Part shown: piece after piece, positions 8,385 through 16,373 of the stretch
Position numbering within the stretch: position 1 is the first letter of the stretch
How the letters are laid out: every line of letters begins with the position of its first letter
From: a virus
Taxonomy: Duplodnaviria > Caudoviricetes
Strand: one strand, 5' to 3'
DNA: 26,990 nucleotides
Virus record (IMG/VR): IMGVR_UViG_3300040971_000359
Coordinates: 1-26,990 of that record
The notes under the pieces: generated by a model
Seen by the model: only the letters and a program-made list of their open reading frames with translations
Told to the model about the DNA's origin: nothing
Databases searched by the model: none
Position numbers and translations under genes: made by a program

Positions 8385-9946
8385 TCCTCCCGTGCCTCCA
8401 GTCGACCGGCGAGAGTTGCCAACAGGTCAGCCCTGGCCATAACCTCAGCCAACGCCTCCGGATCAGTTGCAGCAAACAGATCAATCAACTTTTCGCGGAA
8501 CTGCTCAAGGCAGCTCACCTCGCCGAGCAGGGATTCCGCCGCCAGGATGATGGCCTCGGCCGGGCCTGCCGACTGGTCTGTCATCCAATTAAACAGAGAA
8601 GATTCGATATCTGCAGCCGGTTGCTCGCGGTTCTGCGCTGTTTCCACCTTTCCTGTTTTCACCTCGTCTCCAACCGGCCTGGGGGCAGCTGGTTCAGCCT
8701 TCTTGGCCGGCTGCAGGATCTCCGCATCTTGCGCCGGATCAGGCAGGCCCAGTTTGTCCCTGACTACCGACTGCTCAACCCGCAGACCGAGCGGCACCAA
8801 TTTTTCCAGAGCGGTGGTCAGGACCGTGAGGTCTTCATTCTTGATCGCCCGCAGCACCAGCACCGGATAGTTCTCCTGGGGGCCGAAGTTCAGGTCGATA
8901 AAAGGGCGGACCAGGTCACGGTTCAAGGTCTCGGAGATCTGGGTGGCATCGTCATCGCGGATGTCAGAGCGAACTTCCGATTGCGCCTCATCACCGCCGA
9001 GCTTGCCGGGTGTCCCCTGGGTGGTCGCGGATTGGCCGAGGATCCCCCGGCTGACCTGGACGTCGAGCCAGTCGGCCAGGCGCATAAAGAGCGTATCGCC
9101 GCCGGTCGACTTACCGCCTTCGATGAATTCGATTTTCATCGACTCGGGGATGACCGCCGCGGCATCTGATCCGAGGTTGGCCACCGCCATCTTCAGGATG
9201 TTGATGTCCTCTTTCAAGGCGCCGCTCTGATATTTTCCAAGACGCAGCGGCATGCCAAAGACCTCGGCAAAGGCCAGCCAGTCTTTCACCGTATAGTTCT
9301 TGCAGAGGTACGACCAGGCCGCTACCCTGGCCAATCCGCCACGGATCGGCAGGCCGGTCTTCAGATGCGGCAGATGGACGATGAACTTGTACGGAGCAAG
9401 CTCGACGCCTTCCGCCATGTTGGCACCATCGAGCAGCCGGATCTTGCGCCTGGACTCGCGGTCAAAGACAAAGAAGCGGGGATCCCGCCATTCATAGGCG
9501 GCTGGCAGCCACTTGGCACCGCGCTGCCACATGATCTCGGAGACCGAATAGCCCTTGCCCAGGGCATCGAGCTGATCCTTCACCAGGCCACGGAACCCGG
9601 CCCGCTTCACCATGGCCCGGACTTCGTCGGCCAGTTTCACATCCTTGGCCTCACCGCTTGCCGCCTCGACCGTCAACGGCAGCGAGGCCACGGCCAAACG
9701 CCGTTTGCCAATCTCGCAACGATAATGGAGATCGCGCTCCTCCATCTCTTCGGCCAGCGTCAGATAATCATGGGCATCGCCTGCCGCCGCTCCTTGAAGC
9801 AAGGTGGCCAGCCGGTATGGAGTCAGCCCGCCGGTCACCGCCTCGTCCCAGACCGTGCGCACCCCGGAGAGAGTGGGGGCGGCGAGTTCCTCTTTCAGCT
9901 GTTGCGGCACAACCTTATTGCCGCGATGATCGTAGAGTGTCACCAT
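8381..9946 (-). CDS. Portal protein (Mu gp29 / DUF935)
   Basis: 521 aa; DALGKGYSVSEIMW, FAEVFGMPLRLGKY, ILGQSATT motifs; follows terminase. Confidence 0.92.
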   Translation of the reverse strand: MVTLYDHRGNKVVPQQLKEELAAPTLSGVRTVWDEAVTGGLTPYRLATLLQGAAAGDAHDYLTLAEEMEERDLHYRCEIGKRRLAVASLPLTVEAASGEAKDVKLADEVRAMVKRAGFRGLVKDQLDALGKGYSVSEIMWQRGAKWLPAAYEWRDPRFFVFDRESRRKIRLLDGANMAEGVELAPYKFIVHLPHLKTGLPIRGGLARVAAWSYLCKNYTVKDWLAFAEVFGMPLRLGKYQSGALKEDINILKMAVANLGSDAAAVIPESMKIEFIEGGKSTGGDTLFMRLADWLDVQVSRGILGQSATTQGTPGKLGGDEAQSEVRSDIRDDDATQISETLNRDLVRPFIDLNFGPQENYPVLVLRAIKNEDLTVLTTALEKLVPLGLRVEQSVVRDKLGLPDPAQDAEILQPAKKAEPAAPRPVGDEVKTGKVETAQNREQPAADIESSLFNWMTDQSAGPAEAIILAAESLLGEVSCLEQFREKLIDLFAATDPEALAEVMARADLLATLAGRLEAREE

Positions 9947-11460
9947 TACATTGCCCCGCTGATAGCGCCGAACCCGGCGTTCGTTTTGATGGCGCGATAA
10001 GAATCGGCATCATCTTTTGACTCGCGTTTTTTGATCGGCTGATAGTCGTATTCCATCCCACCATCCTGCCTGGTGGCGTATATCACCATGGCTCCGGCAA
10101 CACCGGCGTCGCCGTGGCGCTGCCCGCCGGTCGATTCGGTCTTACCGTCCGGAAGTTTGGCTACGCCCTTGACCACCTTAAAGGCCCTATTGTCCTCGAT
10201 CCAGTCGGCATCAAGGGGGAGCTGGAGTGTCTCATCCTCGAATGCCGCTTTGTAGCGCGGCATATTGTCCCGGTACCAGGCCTCGGTGAGCATCACCTGG
10301 CTGATCCTGTCCTGGCCGTACTTCTGCGCTGCCACCTCAGCCAGGTATTGACCGTTTCCCCTAGCATCAAAGGCACCGTGGGTAAATCGCGGCAGCCGGT
10401 CGATGATGTAAAAGACCACCTGGCGCTGGGTCTCGAAGGGGACGTTTTTCAGCTCCAGGCCGAAGGGTGCGGCAAAGGTTGCGTCCTGCTGTTCCTGGAC
10501 CGGCAGATAGATACTGAGATCGCCGTTCCTGGCAAAGTCCTCGCCGAAGTAGCAGCGACGATTGGCCTGCAGTTTGGCCAGCCAGGGGGCGAGATTATCC
10601 TCGCACCAGGCCTCCGTCTCGCTGATCCGCTGGTCCTCGGGTAAAAAGGTGAACTCGTTTTTCAGCTCCAGCCGCAAAACAAGGATATCTGCCGACATGC
10701 AGCGCTCGACCAGAGCCCGTGACAAAAATGTTCCGCTGCCCTGAGCGGGTACGCAAGACAACTCCTCGTCATGGTTCGGGCTATACCTTTTGACCAGGGA
10801 CGCGCGCCAGGCCATTTCCTCTTCCAGGCTCCATGATCTGCCGGTAACAGCACAGATCCGGCGGTACAGTCCGTCATGGATGGCATCGTCGAGGGTAACC
10901 CTGTGGATCGAGTAATCGTTTCTGCCTGCCCTGGCGTCCTGAATCAGCGCGTTGAATGGATTTTCAGTGCCGTTGTGGGTACTGATAATATGGACCGTTC
11001 CGCCCCACATGGTCATAGCGATAGCCGCTTTCAGCAATTCCTCAAGGTCATCGACAAATGCCGCTTCATCCAGCACCAGCCGCTCACGGGGCCGGCCTTT
11101 ACTGCGCAGGTTGCGCGGGTTGCTGGAAAAAGTCTCAATTGCAAAGCCGCTCTCAAAGCGGATGTCATAGACATGAATATCCTTGCCGTCTTCTCTCCTG
11201 AGGATCTTTTCGCCGATACCTCCGACCGCAGTGTGAAAGGCCTTGGCCCAGGTGGCACAGTCCTGGATAAACCCTGAAGTCATTTCCTTGTCGTAAGAGA
11301 TATAATAGACGTTTGCGCCGCGATCCGCGTCGGCCGCGTGCAGCACCGAGTCGGCGGCTTCGCCGTACGACAGACCGATTCGACGGCCCTTCTCCATGAT
11401 CTTCACGGGCGAGTGATCATCGATCCATCGCTGCTGATATGGTAGCAATACAGCACTCAT
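9946..11460 (-). CDS. Terminase large subunit (Mu gp28-like)
   Basis: LLPYQQRW, EKGRRIGLS, LVLDEAAF (Walker B), ISTHNG, GEDFARNGD, HGD motifs. Confidence 0.95.
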   Translation of the reverse strand: MSAVLLPYQQRWIDDHSPVKIMEKGRRIGLSYGEAADSVLHAADADRGANVYYISYDKEMTSGFIQDCATWAKAFHTAVGGIGEKILRREDGKDIHVYDIRFESGFAIETFSSNPRNLRSKGRPRERLVLDEAAFVDDLEELLKAAIAMTMWGGTVHIISTHNGTENPFNALIQDARAGRNDYSIHRVTLDDAIHDGLYRRICAVTGRSWSLEEEMAWRASLVKRYSPNHDEELSCVPAQGSGTFLSRALVERCMSADILVLRLELKNEFTFLPEDQRISETEAWCEDNLAPWLAKLQANRRCYFGEDFARNGDLSIYLPVQEQQDATFAAPFGLELKNVPFETQRQVVFYIIDRLPRFTHGAFDARGNGQYLAEVAAQKYGQDRISQVMLTEAWYRDNMPRYKAAFEDETLQLPLDADWIEDNRAFKVVKGVAKLPDGKTESTGGQRHGDAGVAGAMVIYATRQDGGMEYDYQPIKKRESKDDADSYRAIKTNAGFGAISGAM

Positions 11461-12065
11461 GTTCCGAGTTCCTTCATTATTGCCGCTCGCAGCTGGTCGA
11501 TAGTTTCCGAACTGGTGCCATGGCTTCTGCTGTTCTCTCCCGACTCCTCGGCAATTTTGGCCTGCAGTTTTTCCAGTAGTGTCATCGACTGCTGCACATC
11601 CTTAATGCTGTTTACCGTTACGCCTCCAGGGGCGCTGAGCATGAGGCCAATTTTCCGCTGGATCGCCTCGGACAGGGCTGTCGGCAGATCGGTGACGATC
11701 TCTCCTCCGACCGGATCCTGTTTGGCCGGCGCCTGCAGGCTGCGCTCCCGCGCCTCCTGATCTATAGCTCGGCCCGAGCTCACCAAAGCCGAGAAGGCAT
11801 AAGCCTTCTGCGCATCCTCGGTATTGATCACCGACTCGATCAGCTTGGCCTTGGCCAGCATCACCCCGCGCCGGACTGAGGTCTGGGCCTGGCGATATTC
11901 GCGGCGGCGGTCGCTCCAGGAGGGCACGCTGTCCAGGCCCCAGCGTTTGAGCTGGGAGATGGAGACGCCGGTGGTCTCGGCCACCTGGTCATAGGTGCGG
12001 CCGTCGATGATATACAGCTCCTCGGCGCCCTCGCGCACCTCCCATGAGTAGGCCTCCGGACTCAT
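11457..12065 (-). CDS. Putative terminase small subunit (N-terminal HTH)
   Basis: HTH-like TYDQVAETTGVSISQLKRW; overlaps TerL start. Confidence 0.7.
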   Translation of the reverse strand: MSPEAYSWEVREGAEELYIIDGRTYDQVAETTGVSISQLKRWGLDSVPSWSDRRREYRQAQTSVRRGVMLAKAKLIESVINTEDAQKAYAFSALVSSGRAIDQEARERSLQAPAKQDPVGGEIVTDLPTALSEAIQRKIGLMLSAPGGVTVNSIKDVQQSMTLLEKLQAKIAEESGENSRSHGTSSETIDQLRAAIMKELGT

Positions 12066-12316
12066 GCGATCCCCAGGGCCTTCTTCATCGCGGCGATCTC
12101 ACCGATCACGCCCAGATAGTCGGCATGTTTGGCGGCAAGCTCCACCGCCTGGACCGCTGCCTGATCTGCCTGGATCTCAGCCAATGGGGCAAAGGGCGGG
12201 AGCAGCATCCGCACCGCCGACATGTCGCCCTGGATTGACATCTCCAGGCGTCTGGCCTCCTGTTCTTTTTCCGCCAGGCGTCCTCGGACGGCGAGCCGTT
12301 CATGATCAAAGCTCAT
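12062..12316 (-). CDS. Hypothetical phage protein (84 aa, helical)
   Basis: Overlapping start/stop with both neighbours; GGAGG SD. Confidence 0.7.
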   Translation of the reverse strand: MSFDHERLAVRGRLAEKEQEARRLEMSIQGDMSAVRMLLPPFAPLAEIQADQAAVQAVELAAKHADYLGVIGEIAAMKKALGIA

Positions 12317-12717
12317 TATTTCCTCCCATTGCGATCCGAAGACCAGAGATTTATCAGTTGGTCAAACTTGTTGCCGAGACTGGTCACCGCCTGGGTGTTG
12401 AGATACACCAGGTTAGTCATGTCGCCGGCCGTATTCTCCCAGTTTTTGACGAGATAGACGTTGTTGTCATACTTGGTCGAGAACTCGGCGTGCTGCTGGT
12501 TAAACATCGCCACCATCGCCTCGAAGCGCCTGTTGTCCTGTTCGTTCTTGGCCCGGATCTCGTCTTTCAGGGCTGACATCACCCCGACAACCTTGAGCAC
12601 CGCCACCAGACCGAGCACAGGCGGCACCACGAAGATGCAAAGAATCACCGTGCCCGCGGTCCAGCCGTTCAGCGCCGTAAAGAATGTGGCAATCGCCGTA
12701 ATTACCGCTGGATCCAT
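12316..12717 (-). CDS. Membrane protein with coiled-coil C-terminus
   Basis: Hydrophobic N-terminal ~45 aa; coupled to TraR gene; lies in lysis/packaging region. Confidence 0.7.
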   Translation of the reverse strand: MDPAVITAIATFFTALNGWTAGTVILCIFVVPPVLGLVAVLKVVGVMSALKDEIRAKNEQDNRRFEAMVAMFNQQHAEFSTKYDNNVYLVKNWENTAGDMTNLVYLNTQAVTSLGNKFDQLINLWSSDRNGRK

Positions 12718-12929
12718 TAACGTCTCCTCTGATGTTCAAGTTGTCCGGCGCATCCGACACAGTGCTGGACGCCGGGTAAATATGTTCTCCTGGCCTCGGG
12801 GATCTCATCTCCGCACTCCAGGCAATGGGTGCGGGACTCGCCCTGTTGCCTGCGTTCATGATGCTGGGTCAAAGCCTGCTGCCGATAGTAAGCGTCCAGA
12901 TCCCGGGCGCGGTCAAACTGGTCCGCCAT
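12717..12929 (-). CDS. TraR/DksA C4-type zinc finger protein
   Basis: MADQFDRA...CLECGDEIPEARR...PGVQHCVGC. Confidence 0.92.
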   Translation of the reverse strand: MADQFDRARDLDAYYRQQALTQHHERRQQGESRTHCLECGDEIPEARRTYLPGVQHCVGCAGQLEHQRRR

Positions 12930-13091
12930 TTACAGCCGCCATGCATACAGCAGATGACAGGCCAGACCGGTCAGGGCCAGAGCGACGGCCAACGTGCCGG
13001 TTTCCCTATAACCACAGGACAACAAGGCAATACTCACCGCACTCATCCCGACCACACCCGCAGCTGCCAACCATGTTTTTCGTCCTTTCAT
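12930..13091 (-). CDS. Small 2-TM protein, holin candidate (53 aa)
   Basis: ATG 13091 overlaps endolysin stop (ATGA); MKGRKTWLAAAGVVG... with two hydrophobic segments. Confidence 0.6.
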   Translation of the reverse strand: MKGRKTWLAAAGVVGMSAVSIALLSCGYRETGTLAVALALTGLACHLLYAWRL

Positions 13092-13612
13092 TTGCCCTTC
13101 TCCCCGGCTATGAGCTGATCGAAAAGCCGCTCGATTTTTGCTACGTAATTGATGGTCTCGGTGGCGTGGCGGCCGGTGATGGACGGCAAGGTGTGGGCGA
13201 TTGACGGCCATTGGTCAATGGCCATACCGGCATGGGCGGCCCGAGTTTGGGCCTTGACAATATTGCCGATCCCCGCGTTATAGGCGCCGAGCATAAAGCG
13301 GATCCGTTCCCGGCCCGACTCCTTGCTCCAGACATCGAAACACCGCTTGTCATAGGCGATGCCATAGCGGATATTGACGTGCGGCAGTTGGATATCGTCG
13401 TCAGTGCCGTACTTGGCGGCCATCTCGGCCGCGGTGCCCGGCATAAGCTGCATGACACCCAGCGCTCCGGCAGGCGAGACAGCCTCGGGATTCAGTTCGG
13501 ACTCGGCCACAGCCTGGGCCTTGCACCACAGCCAGTGCAGCTGGGAGCCGAAGAACTCCAGCGTGTAGCGCTGAAAGTATTGGTCGTAACAGTTGGAGAT
13601 CTTGGAAATCAT
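13088..13612 (-). CDS. Lytic transglycosylase (SLT) endolysin
   Basis: AES...AVSPAGALGVMQLMPGT, AYNAG, ETINYV motifs. Confidence 0.92.
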   Translation of the reverse strand: MISKISNCYDQYFQRYTLEFFGSQLHWLWCKAQAVAESELNPEAVSPAGALGVMQLMPGTAAEMAAKYGTDDDIQLPHVNIRYGIAYDKRCFDVWSKESGRERIRFMLGAYNAGIGNIVKAQTRAAHAGMAIDQWPSIAHTLPSITGRHATETINYVAKIERLFDQLIAGEKGK

Positions 13613-13815
13613 ATACCCACCTTGAGTTTAAGAAACCGAACCCAGGCAACCGGAGCGGCCCGGACGGGGGAACCGCCCCGGTTGTCGGTCGGAGTCATTA
13701 GGGGGTAGATATAGGATATTTATGAACGAGGGATAAGACTGAGTTATTGCAGGTGGTTTATTGCCGGGTGGGTGTTACGGGTTGATACGGGTGAGGAAGG
13801 GGGCCGCGTAGTTAC

Positions 13816-13845
13816 TTGACTGCATCTTTGTGACGGGTGTATAAC
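13816..13845 (+). promoter_or_regulatory. Sigma70-type promoter of moron gene
   Basis: TTGACT-N18-TATAAC upstream of 13906. Confidence 0.65.
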
Positions 13846-13905
13846 CTGAAGATCAACAAGCTTTGAAAAAAGCTATTAATCTTCGAACAGATGAGGGGTT
13901 AGCTC

Positions 13906-14430
13906 ATGAATGAATGCCCAAAATGTAAATCAGAATACCATGCCGGTGACACGGAGTGTCAAAAATGTGGGATTATATTTGCAAAATTTGAGCAGTATCA
14001 GGCAAAACAGAACTTAACAAACGTCACTTCTCAACAAAAAAAACCGTCATTAATTGTTTCGGGGGAGGGCCGCTTCTTGATTTTTTGTGTGTTGCTCGTC
14101 GTGTACTTGGTGTACGCGGAATTTACGGGAATGGCAAAGAGCCCTCAACCAAAGGCATCCCGTGACTTAACCACTATGGCCTTTATCCAGTGTCAGGATC
14201 TCGTAAAAGGTGAACTTATTTCACCCAGCACGGCCGACTTTCCATCCTTTGATTTCGAGTCAAATATCGCCCCTGACGACCTCTATATCATCAGATCCTA
14301 CGTCGACTCCCAGAATGGTTTTGGCGCGACCATCCGCACACGATGGCGCTGCAAGGTAAGATATATCGGCGGAGATGAAGCCGCGCCGAGCAGCTGGAGG
14401 CTGGTCGATTTGCAGATGTACAAACGCTAA
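13906..14430 (+). CDS. Moron: zinc-ribbon + single TM + extracytoplasmic domain protein
   Basis: CPKC-x10-CQKC; TM FLIFCVLLVVYLVYA; YVDSQNGFGA motif; GAGGGG SD; opposite strand to neighbours. Confidence 0.85.
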   Translation: MNECPKCKSEYHAGDTECQKCGIIFAKFEQYQAKQNLTNVTSQQKKPSLIVSGEGRFLIFCVLLVVYLVYAEFTGMAKSPQPKASRDLTTMAFIQCQDLVKGELISPSTADFPSFDFESNIAPDDLYIIRSYVDSQNGFGATIRTRWRCKVRYIGGDEAAPSSWRLVDLQMYKR

Positions 14431-14453
14431 CGTGGATATGAATCCGGATAGCG

Positions 14454-14494
14454 ATAAGGGAGTGGCCAAAAGCCACTCCCTTATTTTTATTTTT
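14454..14494 (+). terminator. Intrinsic terminator of moron
   Basis: ATAAGGGAGTGGC-CAAAA-GCCACTCCCTTAT followed by T-rich tract. Confidence 0.88.
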
Positions 14495-14500
14495 GTCAGA

Positions 14501-14695
14501 TCAAGCCAGATCGCGCGCCTTCTCGATGGTGTGCTGGATGTGGGTGAAGATCAGGCCGAGGCCGAAGGCGGCATTCTGGTTAATGCCGTCGGTGACCCGG
14601 TTGTTATTAGCGAGGGCTGGGGAGACTTCGGCCATAAACTCGATCATGGCGACAGCATCCTCAAGGAGGTCAAGGGCATCGGTTCTTTCGGCCAT
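14501..14695 (-). CDS. Hypothetical 64-aa helical protein downstream of antirepressor
   Basis: GGAGG SD; starts 2 nt after antirepressor stop. Confidence 0.7.
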   Translation of the reverse strand: MAERTDALDLLEDAVAMIEFMAEVSPALANNNRVTDGINQNAAFGLGLIFTHIQHTIEKARDLA

Positions 14696-14697
14696 GA

Positions 14698-15537
14698 TTA
14701 CGCCTCCGAAGCTTCCGCTTCAATACCAAAATAGTATTTTCGGCGGTCGGCCAGCTCTTGCGCCGCCCTTTCATCATTCCTTCTTTTGATATCAATCATG
14801 ATGGTAGGCCAGCCGGGGAGCAGGGAGAGGCCGCGGACGGCGGGGATCCGCCTGCCGTCCACCGTGACGGTAGTGGCCGAGCAACCGGTGACGGCCCGGT
14901 AGAGTTGGCCGCAGAAATAGGATTTGGTAAAAGGCGTTCCGCCGCCGATCTCACAATACTGCCGGTACACATCATAGAGTTTATCCTTCAGCACCACCAC
15001 GTTCTGGCCCCCGTCCTGACAGAAGTAATGGTAAAAGCCGGACACCGACGAATAATAAGAGAAGTCGGCACGGGTCCGCTCCAGCTGGTTTTCAAACTTG
15101 CCGGCCAGCGGCAGTATTTGTTTCGTCACCTCAGGGACGACCAGGGTGACGATCCGGGCGACCAGGGCTTCCATGGACAAATCCATTCCCTGCGGCTCCC
15201 GCATGGAGTAGGAGCCGGACCTGCCGATAGAGGGCAGCACCTCTTCAAAAATCCAGCGTTCGAACCTTTCGGCACTGGGAAGATTGGAGTTGGCCACCAG
15301 CCGGAAGAGGTCCGGCTCATAGATCACCCTGACGTGTTGAGTGCGTCCCAAACTGTCAATGATGGGGTGGTGTTTCACCACCCCACGGCAGTGCTGTTTA
15401 ATGGCATTTACGGTGTCGGAAAAGCCAAGGGCCAAGGCTACATCTTTGGCCACAAACATCGGGTTACCTTGCACGTCGCTAATAGTGCGGATTTCGTTCT
15501 CTTGAAAATAGAAAGGGACTACGGCTGCATTGTTCAT
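14698..15537 (-). CDS. BRO-N domain antirepressor with C-terminal winged-helix-like domain
   Basis: FVAKDVALALGF...EPDLFRLV..SNLPSAERFERWIFEEVLPSI; start ATG 15537 after AAAGGAG (not the GTG at 15660). Confidence 0.88.
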   Translation of the reverse strand: MNNAAVVPFYFQENEIRTISDVQGNPMFVAKDVALALGFSDTVNAIKQHCRGVVKHHPIIDSLGRTQHVRVIYEPDLFRLVANSNLPSAERFERWIFEEVLPSIGRSGSYSMREPQGMDLSMEALVARIVTLVVPEVTKQILPLAGKFENQLERTRADFSYYSSVSGFYHYFCQDGGQNVVVLKDKLYDVYRQYCEIGGGTPFTKSYFCGQLYRAVTGCSATTVTVDGRRIPAVRGLSLLPGWPTIMIDIKRRNDERAAQELADRRKYYFGIEAEASEA

Positions 15538-15594
15538 GGTGTTCTCCTTTGAAGGGGTTGAGGTTCCCGCCCCCCGCGCTCTCAAACGCAAAAA

Positions 15595-15669
15595 GGGCGG
15601 ACTATGCAGGGTTGAGAGACCGGTCAAAGGCACCCGGCGAGCCCGAGGGCTCCCCCACACAGCCCGCCC
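15595..15669 (-). ncRNA. C4-like antisense RNA (P1 C4 / P4 CI type)
   Basis: GGGCGGGCUGUGUGGGG-GAGCCCUCGGGCUC-GCCGGGU-GCCUUUGAC-CGGU-CUCUCAA-CCCUGCAUAGUCCGCCC; single-stranded b' and a' match flanking targets. Confidence 0.85.
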
Positions 15670-15690
15670 AAAGTGGGTTTGCTATGCAGT

Positions 15691-15787
15691 GGACGCAAAA
15701 AAACCGCCAATAAAATATATTATGCGGCGGCGCGTCCGCCTTTGACTCCGGGCTCTCAAACCCAGGCAACCGTTTTTTTCGGCTGCA
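15691..15787 (-). promoter_or_regulatory. c4-a1b1-type leader with a1, b1 targets and conditional terminator
   Basis: a1 GTTTGAGAGC 15761-15752; b1 GTCAAAGGC 15746-15738; CCGCC...GGCGG-T7 terminator 15730-15697. Confidence 0.8.
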
Positions 15788-15792
15788 TGGTC

Positions 15793-15822
15793 AAGATAGC
15801 CCCAAAGGCGGACACTTGTCAA
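15793..15822 (-). promoter_or_regulatory. Sigma70-type promoter of C4/antirepressor operon
   Basis: TTGACA-N18-TATCTT on minus strand with AT-rich upstream sequence. Confidence 0.72.
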
Positions 15823-15835
15823 TAAATTAAATCTT

Positions 15836-15870
15836 TGATCTTGGTCGCGTTTGAAACGCGACCAAGATCA
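15836..15870. repeat. Perfect 17-bp inverted repeat, candidate terminator/processing hairpin at end of early-middle operon
   Basis: TGATCTTGGTCGCGTTT-G-AAACGCGACCAAGATCA. Confidence 0.75.
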
Positions 15871-16035
15871 CCCCACAGCCCGGCGCAACTCCACCATCAG
15901 ACCGTAGCCAACCAACATCCCGCACAACCCTAAGCTAACGAAGCCTTGCACGAAAACATAGAAAAACGCCCCTGTCGTCATACTCACCCAGGGGAACAGC
16001 CTATACATCGGCTCAGGTATCCAGACTTGTCGCAT
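15868..16035 (-). CDS. Small membrane protein (55 aa)
   Basis: Below ORF-track cutoff; GGGAGG SD; MRQVWIPEPMYRLFPWVSMTTGAFFYVFVQGFVSLGLCGMLVGYGLMVELRRAVG. Confidence 0.7.
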   Translation of the reverse strand: MRQVWIPEPMYRLFPWVSMTTGAFFYVFVQGFVSLGLCGMLVGYGLMVELRRAVG

Positions 16036-16046
16036 ACGTTCCTCCC

Positions 16047-16373
16047 TTAAAAAAGTTTCAACTGTCTCTCCTCCACCGGCTCCTGGCCGAGGATGTTATA
16101 GGCATGCCGTTCGCTGACACCGTACTTCCTGGCCAGATCGACCACCGAGATCCCGCCGCCATCGTACTCGCCGCGCATCTGCTTATCCCGCCACTTCACC
16201 AGCCAGCGGCGATGGCCGTACAGCCTGGCCGGGGTGCCGTCGAACAGCTCGGCGATCTGCAGCGCCAGCCTCACCCCGACCACTTCGGCCAGCATCTGTA
16301 GATCGCCGCTCAGTTCGGTCACATCCGGCAAGGCCTCCTCCGGCAGTTTATCAACGGTGTAACCACTCATCAT
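16047..16373 (-). CDS. Mor/C family transcription activator
   Basis: LAEVVG...A..IAELFDGT...RDKQMRGEY...LARKYGVSERHAYNIL; ATGA-coupled to GemA. Confidence 0.88.
   Translation of the reverse strand: MMSGYTVDKLPEEALPDVTELSGDLQMLAEVVGVRLALQIAELFDGTPARLYGHRRWLVKWRDKQMRGEYDGGGISVVDLARKYGVSERHAYNILGQEPVEERQLKLF

Noticed and set aside
12930-13091. Unimolecular spanin
   Set aside because: Linker between lipobox-like Cys and C-terminal TM is far too short to span the periplasm.
15538-15671. N-terminal extension of the antirepressor from GTG 15660, or an Ash-like peptide (GGLCGEPSGSPG)
   Set aside because: Sequence is explained by the C4 RNA; the Ash-like frame stops at TAG after about 22 codons; a strong SD supports ATG 15537.
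13639-15772. Identical 14-mer AACCCAGGCAACCG at 13639 and 15759
   Set aside because: About one 14-mer match is expected by chance in 27 kb; no further shared context.
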